Made by a program: the position numbers and the translations under genes
Notes under the pieces: model-generated
Database searches by the model: none
What the model was told of the DNA's origin: nothing
What the model saw: only the letters and a program-made list of their open reading frames with translations
Source: a virus
Length of the DNA stretch: 64,000 bases
Reading direction: 5' to 3' (one strand)
IMG/VR virus record: IMGVR_UViG_3300031965_000004
Coordinates: 1 to 64,000 of that record
In this document: positions 25,817-34,020 of the stretch, piece after piece
Layout: every line of letters starts with the position of its first letter
How positions within the stretch are numbered: the first letter of the stretch is position 1

Positions 25817-28329
25817 CCACGAGCTCACTAAAATGCCCTGGCTGCGGCGGGGGCACCCACGCCAAGACGTGGGTCTACAACGAGGCCACAAGGCAACGAA
25901 TCGAGGAGACCGGGCTAGACGTCCCGAGAATCGTCGGGCCGCTGCCTAGCTACTTCGAGTGGTCCCACTACGCAAACCATCACGCTTTCACCAACGCTCG
26001 CTGCCGCGGATCGTTCGAAGCCTACACGGCCTACGTCCGACAACAGTCCTTAGGCGTCAATCCAACGGGAGAAGTCAAGGGGGACCTGCCCCTGCTCTCT
26101 TCCGTCACCTACGGAGACGGCCAGGCGAAAGATCGCAACTGCGAGGCGATCTACTTCCTGGCCCTCGACTGCGACGACGCTGGCGATTGGAGCCAGCTCC
26201 TCGATTGGTGCCAGAAAAGCGGGATCGCCGCGGTCTTCCAGCAGTCGTTCTCGAGGAGGGCTGGACGCTGGCACGTCTGGTTCCCGCTAGCGGAACCGAT
26301 TCGATTCGACCTCAACAGCAGCCCTGAGGTTCACGCCCAATACAAGAACGCCTACAGGCACATAGCGGCGGCATTGAGCGCCGTCAGCGGGTTTCCGGGC
26401 GTCGGCGGGAAGTGCGGTTTCGACCTCAAGACGGACCGCCTGGTCCAGGCCATGTATATTCCTCTGCGGACAAGCGCCGAGGCGCCAACCGCAGAAATGG
26501 TCGTCACCCAAGGTTCCGCCCTTGATTGGGTTGGGCTCCTCGACGCGACCGACTTCGACCTAGAGGCCAGCCTAGCGGCCAGGCGGGGAGGCAAGCCCAA
26601 TCCCAATCGGCGGATGCCGCGGCAAAGCAACTTCAACGCGCCTCTGCCCGTCAGCTCCGCTGAATGGGGGCCGCTTGGACAAGCCCTGCTGGCGGACGGG
26701 CGGATCGGCCGGGAGAAGAACTGGGAGAAGTTTCACGTCGTCTGCACCCACGCCGAGCGCCACACGAACGGGGTCAGTGAGAACTACGCGATCTACAGAC
26801 CCGCGAACGACACGTTCTGGTGTCCGTCTTCCGGGTGCGCTGGCGCCTCCCCCCCTCTCCACCGAGACCGCCCCGCGATCGTCTCCCGGCTCTCCGCGCA
26901 CGCCCAGGCCGTCTACGCCCGCCTCACCGACGCCAAGTTCCGAGGCGAGCGCCTCAACCGGCCGGCGAGCTGGGCCTCGCTGGCCGGTGACGAACAAGCC
27001 CTTGGCGCCTGGGTCAAGGACCAGGGGGACATGTTCCCCCAGGAGCAGGTCACCGAGGCCATGATCGGAGCTCTGCTCGCGGCCGGCTGGGACCCCGACC
27101 TGATCCGACGCGCGGCTCGCGTCGTCCTCGGGCCTGTCGCCGGCGACACGACCGCGCTCAAGGTCCTCGCCAACGCCCGGCGCAGGAAGGGGCGAGTCGC
27201 CCAACAAGGGCGTCTGCGCGACCTCCTAAACCCGCGCCAGTTGGCCGGAATCAGCGAGGCCCTCGAGAAGCTGTCGAGCGTCGGCCGCGACAAGATCGCG
27301 CGATGGGGAGGGCGCGGGACCGTCCGAGACGCGAACGCCCAATGGCTGATTGACGTGGGGGAGACGCTCCCCCTCCACGAGAAGCACTTCCGCAACACCC
27401 TGATTCGCCCGGCCGGTTGCTGTCGCTACGCCGACCACGTCATTGTGGACGGGACCCCGCAAGGGAAACGGATCCTGGTCTGCGAGTCTCCAGCGTGTGC
27501 CGAATGCTGGGTCAAGCGGGTCGAGTGCGAGGCCACGATCGTCAACCACCGGTGGGAGGAGGACGAGCGCTACGCAGTCATCAAGGTCGGGTTGCCCGAC
27601 GAGGAGAGCCTCGACCGATTCGAGAAGACCGTCTGCAAGCGGATCAAGAACAGCCCGCGGCTCAAGCTCCACGGGCGCGACGAGAAGGGGCGGCCCACGC
27701 TGACCTTCGTGGGGACCCGATCCGGACTCGCGCAAACGCGCGCGACCCTGATCGGGCCTTGCACGTCGCCCAAGCGCGCAGTGGCCTTTGCCCGGGAGCG
27801 GGCAGTCGAGGTCTCGTTCGAATGCTCGCTGGACGCGACCAAGGCCGAGGCGATCTCAGCCGTGGTTCAGGCGCGGCTCTCGCTTCACTTCCACCACGGG
27901 GGGGCCGTTCACGCTCACGACAGCGACACGCTCGAGGGGTTCGTGGGCTTCCTCCGGCCGCGGCGAAAGGAGGGGAAGCGCGGCTCGCGCCAGCTCGTCT
28001 CGCACGGGCCCGAGTCTCTGTCCTGGCCCAACCGCGAGGCGATCCGCGAGTTCTGCCGCAAGGGGGAGCCCGCCGTCGACCTCTCTGAGTGCTACTCGGT
28101 CGAGTTCCAACTCCACGACGCGAAATACGAGTGGTTCCTGCACGCTTCCGAGCGGCGGCACAGCCTCCCGAACGCGATGCAGATCGCGGCCTACAGCCGC
28201 GAGTTCCAGGCCGCCAAGGACGTGATGGACGCCCCGCGCGACCGCGACCAGGAGCGCCTCGACGAGCTCGAGGCGAAGACGGCCCCCGTCAGTTGGGCGT
28301 CGATCCCCTCGACCTACCTCCGGCTCTAA
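25813..28329 (+). CDS. AEP-superfamily primase/replication initiator, about 838 aa, non-canonical CTG start
   Basis: Frame open from TGA 25801 with no ATG/GTG/TTG until 26374. LALDCDD and SFS....RWHVWFPL lie upstream of 26374; GFD....YIP; CESPACAEC; GAGGAGGT SD before the CTG. Confidence 0.75.
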   Translation: MTTSSLKCPGCGGGTHAKTWVYNEATRQRIEETGLDVPRIVGPLPSYFEWSHYANHHAFTNARCRGSFEAYTAYVRQQSLGVNPTGEVKGDLPLLSSVTYGDGQAKDRNCEAIYFLALDCDDAGDWSQLLDWCQKSGIAAVFQQSFSRRAGRWHVWFPLAEPIRFDLNSSPEVHAQYKNAYRHIAAALSAVSGFPGVGGKCGFDLKTDRLVQAMYIPLRTSAEAPTAEMVVTQGSALDWVGLLDATDFDLEASLAARRGGKPNPNRRMPRQSNFNAPLPVSSAEWGPLGQALLADGRIGREKNWEKFHVVCTHAERHTNGVSENYAIYRPANDTFWCPSSGCAGASPPLHRDRPAIVSRLSAHAQAVYARLTDAKFRGERLNRPASWASLAGDEQALGAWVKDQGDMFPQEQVTEAMIGALLAAGWDPDLIRRAARVVLGPVAGDTTALKVLANARRRKGRVAQQGRLRDLLNPRQLAGISEALEKLSSVGRDKIARWGGRGTVRDANAQWLIDVGETLPLHEKHFRNTLIRPAGCCRYADHVIVDGTPQGKRILVCESPACAECWVKRVECEATIVNHRWEEDERYAVIKVGLPDEESLDRFEKTVCKRIKNSPRLKLHGRDEKGRPTLTFVGTRSGLAQTRATLIGPCTSPKRAVAFARERAVEVSFECSLDATKAEAISAVVQARLSLHFHHGGAVHAHDSDTLEGFVGFLRPRRKEGKRGSRQLVSHGPESLSWPNREAIREFCRKGEPAVDLSECYSVEFQLHDAKYEWFLHASERRHSLPNAMQIAAYSREFQAAKDVMDAPRDRDQERLDELEAKTAPVSWASIPSTYLRL

Positions 28330-28422
28330 CGAGTCGCAGGGTCGGCGCGCGGGTTGCGAAGCGCCGATGCCCCTACCGGTAAGGATGGGGCCCCTGAAGA
28401 ACCAGATCGTTCCAGAAGCACA

Positions 28423-28444
28423 CCACGTCGACGACGTGGCTTTT
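28423..28444 (+). terminator. Putative terminator after rep
   Basis: CCACGTC-GAC-GACGTGG followed by CTTTT. Confidence 0.5.
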
Positions 28445-28583
28445 GTCGTGTGCTGTCCACCAGGCGAAGGTCCCGAAACGGGGGGCTAGCGCTCGAAAGG
28501 GGGGGCGGCTACCCTTGTCGTGCGCTCAACGGCGTATCATGGTTACGCCCCTTGGCGAACGGGGTGCTTTCGGCGGAGGACCA

Positions 28584-28823
28584 GTGCTGAGCGATACGTG
28601 TTGGGCCTGCGGGGGGAGGCTCGACGACACCGACGGAGTCGGCCATGTTCCTGCAATCGGGGAGTCCCTCCGCTTTGCTCACGCTGCCTGTGAGCGTGCG
28701 CGAGCCGCGGCGCAACGCCGCGAGGAGCGAAAACTCAAGAAGCAGGCCAGGGCCCGAAAGAGGTCCCGCCGTGCCAAGCGAGCAAGCCGAAGATCCACCC
28801 GAGGAAGAAGCCGACGCCGGTAG
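28584..28823 (+). CDS. Small basic Zn-binding hypothetical protein
   Basis: GGAGGA SD then GTG; CWAC..HAAC; Arg-rich tail. Confidence 0.55.
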   Translation: MLSDTCWACGGRLDDTDGVGHVPAIGESLRFAHAACERARAAAQRREERKLKKQARARKRSRRAKRASRRSTRGRSRRR

Positions 28824-29250
28824 CGCGCTCTCGACGCCGACCGACGCCGACCGTCTCGAATGGGAGACCTGCACCGACGCCCTCCGCTACTTCGCCGCGA
28901 TCTCCCAGCGCCTCTCCGCGGACGAACAGGACCTCGCCGTCGAAGCGTTCTTCGCCGAGTTCGGCGTCGACGAGAGCGTGCTACCGGAGCTGGCCGAGCT
29001 CTACGCCGAAGCGACCTACTGCGCGTGGGTCACGGCGATCAGGACCCTTCCCGGCTTGGGAACGGCCTGGGTCACTTGGGCGCGGGCGACCTACCGTGAG
29101 CGTGTCGCGTTCCGCTTCGAGTGGGTCGGCCGCGAGGAGAACCGGTCGCGGAAGCTCGAGAAGGACCCGGTGGCACCCTACCGAGTCGCGGGATTCGGAG
29201 ACCGGCGCAACCCCCTCAGATTCGGGATCGAAGGCAGCACAGCCGAGTAG
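28645..29250 (+). CDS. Hypothetical protein (true start uncertain, probably downstream)
   Basis: C-terminal two thirds look coding-like. Confidence 0.5.
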   Translation: MFLQSGSPSALLTLPVSVREPRRNAARSENSRSRPGPERGPAVPSEQAEDPPEEEADAGSALSTPTDADRLEWETCTDALRYFAAISQRLSADEQDLAVEAFFAEFGVDESVLPELAELYAEATYCAWVTAIRTLPGLGTAWVTWARATYRERVAFRFEWVGREENRSRKLEKDPVAPYRVAGFGDRRNPLRFGIEGSTAE

Positions 29251-29531
29251 GGTCGCGGGTCGGAAGGCGCGATGGCGCATCGGCTGTGTTGGGCAGGCCC
29301 CCTGAGGCGAGGCGGGTCCAGTCTCCCACGAGCACCGGAACCCTCGCCCCAGAGGGCACATGGGGTAGTTGGTAGCGCCGGCCGAGGCGGTCCCCCACGA
29401 GTCAAAGCCGACCCTGGGACATGTTTGGCCTCGACCGGCGCATGATTGGTTGCGCCGGTCGCTGGCTGCCGCCCCCGCTCAAGAGCAAGGGGCTGCTTTC
29501 CCGTAGGTGCCCGCGCCCGGCGACCGGCGCA
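29238..29531 (-). ncRNA. Array of long-stem hairpin RNAs, two ending in ACCA
   Basis: Units at 29447-29531, 29370-29442, 29290-29357 and 29238-29288, directly downstream of the tRNA. Confidence 0.55.
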
Positions 29532-29605
29532 TAGCGAGAGCAGGATTCGAACCTGCGACCTCCGGCTTATGAGGCCGGCGAGCTACCTGGCTGCTCTACC
29601 CCGCG
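29532..29605 (-). tRNA. tRNA-Met(CAT), initiator-like, CCA not encoded
   Basis: CGCGGGGTAGAGCAGCCAGGTAGCTCG-CCGGC-CTCATAA-GCCGG-AGGTC-GCAGG-TTCGAAT-CCTGC-TCTCGCTA; 1:72 mismatch. Confidence 0.92.
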
Positions 29606-29614
29606 TCGAGCTCG

Positions 29615-29643
29615 AATCCTACGCTTCAACTACGACAGGGGCA
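29615..29643 (-). promoter_or_regulatory. Sigma70-type promoter for the tRNA unit
   Basis: TTGCCC-N17-TAGGAT. Confidence 0.55.
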
Positions 29644-29654
29644 AGTGCTACGAT
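29630..29654 (+). promoter_or_regulatory. CTAC-N15-TACGAT promoter giving a leaderless mRNA
   Basis: GTG start lies 6 nt after the -10 box. Confidence 0.7.
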
Positions 29655-29660
29655 CGCTTC

Positions 29661-30929
29661 GTGCCTGGCGTCGCCCCAAACCCCTTCTACACCGACCCGC
29701 GCGACATAGGAGGGGCTCGAGGCGACTACTACGAGCACGGGGCCCCTGAGTTCTGCCCCGGCTGCGGAGCTGAGGCCGACTGGCATTACGACCTCGAGGA
29801 GACGTTGGCCAGCGGGCGTGATCGGTTCTTCTGCGCCCACTGCGGTGACTTCCAAGACACCATGGCCGGGGCGAAGCCCCTTCAGCACCACCCCCCGTTG
29901 ATCTCGCAGAAGGCGATCAAGCGCGGCGCGAGCCCCTGTCCTCCGCTCGGAACGGGGTCGGTCCTGCTCCCCCCCGTTTGGTTCCGGCCTCGCGAGAGTC
30001 GCTTCCAGTTCTACGTGGGGGCCAAGCCCAACTGGCACATGACGCGCGGCCCTCGCTCGAAGCTGGACCCGCTCCCGCTCCCCGTCCCGGCCTTCGTGTC
30101 CTACCTCCAGCTTCGCAAGATCAAGGCCCTGCGTCCGGCTGTCGTTCGCTGGGCGTTGGACTCGGGCGGGTTCACCATGCTCAGCACGCATGGGCGCTGG
30201 ACGATTGGCCCCGAAACCTTCGCAGACGACGTGCGGCGCTACATTGCGGAGGTTGGCTGCCTGGACTTCGTGCCCGTGCAGGACTGGATGTGCGAGCCGC
30301 AGATCACGGCCCAGACGCGCAAGACCGTTGCGGATCACCAGCGGTTGACCGTCCAGAGCTACTTGGACTTGCGGCGCCTCGCCCCCGAGGTCCCTTGGGC
30401 GCCTGTCCTGCAAGGATTCGAGATTCGCGACTACTACCAGATTCTCGCCCTCTACCAGGAGGCGGGGGTCTCGCTCGAGGAGTTGCAGCGAGCGCCGAGA
30501 CTTGGGATCGGGAGTGTCTGTCGGAGACAGTCCACCCGGCAAGTCGCCTACATGCTGCGCGAGTTCCGCGACGGCTATGGCCTGGAGAACATGCACGGGT
30601 TCGGCTTCAAGGTTACGGGGCTGATCTACGCCGCGCGCTTCTTGGCGTCGGCCGACTCGTTTGCGTGGAGCAAGGAAGCCTACGAGACAAGGGCGCACAA
30701 CCGCCCGAGCTCGCTGGGTCACCGCCACGGTGCGAGCGGCGGTTGCCAGAACTGCCCTGACTACGCCGTGCGCTGGCGCAACCGGCTGATCGAGAAGATC
30801 CTGCTCGCCTACGAGCGCCTGCCCGACGATCAAGTGGACCTGGCGCTGGAGTGGATCGAGAAGAAGATTCCGGCGGCGTTTCAAGACGAGCTGGCGTTCG
30901 GCCAGCAGTATCGGCTGTTTCCAGAATGA
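29661..30929 (+). CDS. TGT/DpdA-like (deazaguanine transglycosylase-fold) protein with N-terminal Zn finger
   Basis: ALDSGGF, QDWMCEP, PVLQG, GIGSVCRRQ, HGFGFK, SADSFAW. Confidence 0.8.
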   Translation: MPGVAPNPFYTDPRDIGGARGDYYEHGAPEFCPGCGAEADWHYDLEETLASGRDRFFCAHCGDFQDTMAGAKPLQHHPPLISQKAIKRGASPCPPLGTGSVLLPPVWFRPRESRFQFYVGAKPNWHMTRGPRSKLDPLPLPVPAFVSYLQLRKIKALRPAVVRWALDSGGFTMLSTHGRWTIGPETFADDVRRYIAEVGCLDFVPVQDWMCEPQITAQTRKTVADHQRLTVQSYLDLRRLAPEVPWAPVLQGFEIRDYYQILALYQEAGVSLEELQRAPRLGIGSVCRRQSTRQVAYMLREFRDGYGLENMHGFGFKVTGLIYAARFLASADSFAWSKEAYETRAHNRPSSLGHRHGASGGCQNCPDYAVRWRNRLIEKILLAYERLPDDQVDLALEWIEKKIPAAFQDELAFGQQYRLFPE

Positions 30930-31510
30930 GCGACGCACGATTTCGGCACGCCGAACGAGGCCAGTCGGCGGAGGACGCAGCGGCTGTCCTACGCCACCGG
31001 ATACGAACGGGCGAACTAGACGAGCATAGAGTGGCGGTGGCTGCCTTCTTGGGCTACGCGCCGGCGTTGTTGGCGTCGGAGCCTGTGCGGCTCAACGTGC
31101 CCTCTTACGCGGCTCGCTGGTCGCGAGTTCGCGTGGTGTTGCGGTTTGGGGGCCTAGACCAGCGACTGCTTGTGACGCTTGCGGCAGACTTCGCGGAGCG
31201 GGTTCCGCAGGGGCCCGAAGGCCGGGCGGCGATCGCCGCGGCTCGAGCGTGGGTCGCTTGCCCTTGTCCCGCCCACGCTCGTGCGGCGAGGGCGGCGGCG
31301 AGGGCGGCGGCGAGGGGGGGAGCGTTGGCGTCGTCGGCTGTGGCGGCGGCGTGGGCGGCGGAGGCGGCGGCGGAGGCGGAACTGGAGGCGGCGCGGGCGG
31401 CGGCGGCGGCGGCGGCGTGGGCGGCGGGGTGGGTGTGGGCGGCGGAGGAGTCGGAAAAAGCCTGGCAGGCGGAACACATGGCGCTCGTGCTCTGCTGGAG
31501 CACGGTGTGA
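30926..31510 (+). CDS. Ala-rich helical protein with leader module and Imm5-like segment
   Basis: MSDARFRHAER..RIRTGEL..AAFLG; AADFAERV..RAAIAAARAWVACPC. Confidence 0.7.
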   Translation: MSDARFRHAERGQSAEDAAAVLRHRIRTGELDEHRVAVAAFLGYAPALLASEPVRLNVPSYAARWSRVRVVLRFGGLDQRLLVTLAADFAERVPQGPEGRAAIAAARAWVACPCPAHARAARAAARAAARGGALASSAVAAAWAAEAAAEAELEAARAAAAAAAWAAGWVWAAEESEKAWQAEHMALVLCWSTV

Positions 31511-31599
31511 GCGGCCGCCCGCTTCGCGCCTGGCTCCCAGGCGCCTGAGTGCCTCTGACGCTGTCGTTCGAAGCTGTAAGATCCCAGCACGGAGGACAC

Positions 31600-32112
31600 A
31601 TGAGCCAGGCGATCGACTTGACCCGGTTGAAGCGTGAGATTCGGTTTCTCGCCTTGAGGTTGAAGGACGCGGACGGGGACTGCTACCGCCTTGGGGAAGG
31701 AAGAACGCCCTGGGGAAGAACCCTCGACATAGCGCGCTACACCCGGCTCTGCGCGTTCCGAGCGACCCTCCGCCGGCGGTTGCACTTCGCGCCAGGAACG
31801 GACCTGGCCTACGCCCATTGGGTCCTGAAGGTGCCCTGCCTCGCGTCCTTCGTGTTTCGTCATCCCGGCGAGAGGCCGGACGCCTTCTACACCTCCAAGC
31901 AGAAGGTGCCCTTCAAGCACGTCTTCAACTGCACCCACCTCCCGAGAGACCCGACGCAGGGAGGGCCCGAGGGCAAGCAGCAGGAGATCGAGTGCCTGAA
32001 CCGCTACAAGGCGATCGGGTTCGCCGTCCAGCGGGCGTGGGTCGCCGACCTGTTCGAAGAGTTCGCTGTCCGCAAGACTCCCGTGGCCTCGAGCGCAGGG
32101 GAGCCCGCGTGA
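31600..32112 (+). CDS. Hypothetical protein
   Basis: GGAGGA SD then ATG. Confidence 0.7.
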   Translation: MSQAIDLTRLKREIRFLALRLKDADGDCYRLGEGRTPWGRTLDIARYTRLCAFRATLRRRLHFAPGTDLAYAHWVLKVPCLASFVFRHPGERPDAFYTSKQKVPFKHVFNCTHLPRDPTQGGPEGKQQEIECLNRYKAIGFAVQRAWVADLFEEFAVRKTPVASSAGEPA

Positions 32113-32345
32113 AACTCTTCGACGCGATCAAGCAGTCGCCAGTCGACACGGCAGTTCGCCTGGCGAGTGACGGTGCGCGCCAGGGTTGTGCGGAGCCCAA
32201 CCTCGCGATCAAGGACGGGTCTCGCTTCAAGGCGTTTCGAGTGGTCCACAACTACGGCTGGGAGCGCCGGCCGTTGCGGGTGGCAGCGGCGTTGACCGAC
32301 TGGCGCCCGTCCGAGGTCCGCCACTTGGTTCCGGCCAGCGGTTAG
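32109..32345 (+). CDS. Hypothetical protein
   Basis: Coupled GTGA start. Confidence 0.55.
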   Translation: MKLFDAIKQSPVDTAVRLASDGARQGCAEPNLAIKDGSRFKAFRVVHNYGWERRPLRVAAALTDWRPSEVRHLVPASG

Positions 32346-32578
32346 GAGACGCTAGGCTTGCGATCTTGTCCGGCGCTCAGGGACCGCCGGAAGCAGCCCC
32401 AGCAAGGATTGCCGTCGTTTCTTCGGCAAGCGATCGGGGCGCACAAGTGGCAGACCAGGACTCCGTCTTCCCCCGAGCACCAATGCGGGCCGTCGCGCCC
32501 GTCGCGCTGGCGGTGCCCTCGAAACCGGCGCAGTTTCTTGCACGAGGGGCAGCGGCGCTTGGCGAGTCGGCCCTTCAA
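32342..32578 (-). CDS. Small Cys-rich Zn-finger-like protein
   Basis: CPSC, CHLC, CWGC; coupled TTGA start. Confidence 0.5.
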   Translation of the reverse strand: MKGRLAKRRCPSCKKLRRFRGHRQRDGRDGPHWCSGEDGVLVCHLCAPIACRRNDGNPCWGCFRRSLSAGQDRKPSVS

Positions 32579-33084
32579 CGCTCGAGCCGGGTCGTGGCGA
32601 GGATCTCGCGGAAGGCGAGGTTGGTGAGAGTCCCAAGCCCTCGTTTCTCACGGACGATCTCGCCGGCCTCTTGAGCGGAGATCCCCGCAATGAGGGATAG
32701 GGCGAAGGCGGCCACGAGCGCTGACCGGTTGCGCCCTTCGGTGCAGGTCACGAGCACGCACGACCCGGCGTCGTGCGCTTCGACCGTCTGTTCGACGGCG
32801 CCCATTGCCATGCGGAGCTGATACTCGTCGAGCCCACTTTGATCGTCGTCGAAGGGAGCGTGGACCACGGTCATGTCGGGAAAGTGGTCGTCGGTTGGCT
32901 GGTAGCCCGACGAGCAGAGCACGAGCGTGGTGAAGCCGCACGCAACGAGGTCGGGCACGGGCACCTCCGCGTGGTGGACGAAGCACCGGTGCCCGCGCAC
33001 GGGCGGGTGACTGCCGACCCAGAGGCGGTCATGGACGCGCGCAGCGTCCACGACCGCGTGGTCGGTCGTGGTGAGGCCGTGCAT
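32575..33084 (-). CDS. Dual-specificity protein phosphatase family
   Basis: LWVGS, PFDD, VTCTEGRNRS (CX5R), N..F. Confidence 0.88.
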   Translation of the reverse strand: MHGLTTTDHAVVDAARVHDRLWVGSHPPVRGHRCFVHHAEVPVPDLVACGFTTLVLCSSGYQPTDDHFPDMTVVHAPFDDDQSGLDEYQLRMAMGAVEQTVEAHDAGSCVLVTCTEGRNRSALVAAFALSLIAGISAQEAGEIVREKRGLGTLTNLAFREILATTRLER

Positions 33085-33683
33085 TACCAGCCAGCCTTGA
33101 TCTTGTCGGCGAGTCTGACGGCGGCTGCTTCCAGATCCTTCTTCGTCCCGTCGTTGGTGACTACCTCGTCGAAAGCGCTGTCGGGGATCCCAAGCTGCTC
33201 TGTCTCGCTGACGTGAGTCTCGCCACCTGGCGCCTCTTGGCGCTTCAGGCGGATTCGGAAGAACCGGACGTCTAGCCCGGCTTCCTGCGCGAGCTCTTCG
33301 GTCCGGTGAAGCTCGTTCTCGAACCTGACGTCGGTGACCACGAAGAACGGTGGGGTTCGCCGGCCCTTGACGTGCTCGAGCAGGCGCTCGAGCCAAATGT
33401 CCTCACCCACCTGTTCGCGCCCGAACTCAGTCCCTAGCCACTGTAGCCACTCACGCCCGTCGCATTCCCGGCCCTTCGCCTTGAGGAACTTCTTCCACGC
33501 CCGCCGCTCCTTTTCGCCCCCGTAGGCGACCGAATACGGCATGCCGAGCAGGACCGCGATCTCCTTCAGGGGGTCCGCGAATGCGATCGTGACTGCCCCG
33601 AGGAAACGAGCCAGTGCATTTCCGAACGTGTCTTTCCCCGACTGCATCGGGGCGCTGATCAAAACGATTGTCTGCGTAGCCAC
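33084..33683 (-). CDS. Deoxynucleoside monophosphate kinase
   Basis: SGKDT, FADPLK, REWLQWLGTE, TDVRFENE, HVSE. Confidence 0.88.
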   Translation of the reverse strand: MATQTIVLISAPMQSGKDTFGNALARFLGAVTIAFADPLKEIAVLLGMPYSVAYGGEKERRAWKKFLKAKGRECDGREWLQWLGTEFGREQVGEDIWLERLLEHVKGRRTPPFFVVTDVRFENELHRTEELAQEAGLDVRFFRIRLKRQEAPGGETHVSETEQLGIPDSAFDEVVTNDGTKKDLEAAAVRLADKIKAGW

Positions 33684-33699
33684 TAGATCCTCCTGCGGT

Positions 33700-34020
33700 T
33701 CACCAGCACGGGTCCTGCACGGGCACCGTCGTGCCCGCTGCTTCGTGCGTGCAGTCGGACAGATACTCGACCATGCCCGCTCGCAGGAACAGGTGGCAAC
33801 GGTGGCTTTTTGTGTGCGGGAAGAGATCCTCGGCCTTCGCGCGCCCGTTGCAGAGCAGGCTCGGGCTGAAGGTTGGCGACTCCAGGTTCCCGTCGAAGTC
33901 CCAGACGGGAACTTCGTCGACGCCGCGTTTGGTGATGAACCGGTGGTGCGTGTTGCATGGCACACACCAGAACCACATGGACTCTTGCCCGTCGATCGTC
34001 TTGCTCAACTTGACGCCCAT
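33700..34020 (-). CDS. Conserved small Cys/His protein (DUF6527-like)
   Basis: WDFDGNLESPTFSPSLL..CHLFLRAG..YLSDCTH. Confidence 0.75.
   Translation of the reverse strand: MGVKLSKTIDGQESMWFWCVPCNTHHRFITKRGVDEVPVWDFDGNLESPTFSPSLLCNGRAKAEDLFPHTKSHRCHLFLRAGMVEYLSDCTHEAAGTTVPVQDPCW

Noticed and set aside
26374-28329. Rep start at 26374 as given in the ORF track
   Set aside because: This start would omit the DxD and His primase motifs that lie in frame upstream.
29447-29531. SRP (4.5S) RNA or a second tRNA
   Set aside because: Only a loose GGAAAGCAGCC resemblance; there is no GNRA-capped SRP helix, T-loop or anticodon arm.
29619-30938. Long antisense ORFs (also 678-1694, 36518-37903, 40490-41785, 46843-48021, 52310-53563)
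   Set aside because: Shadow ORFs expected opposite real genes in high-GC DNA; they lack motifs and ribosome-binding sites.
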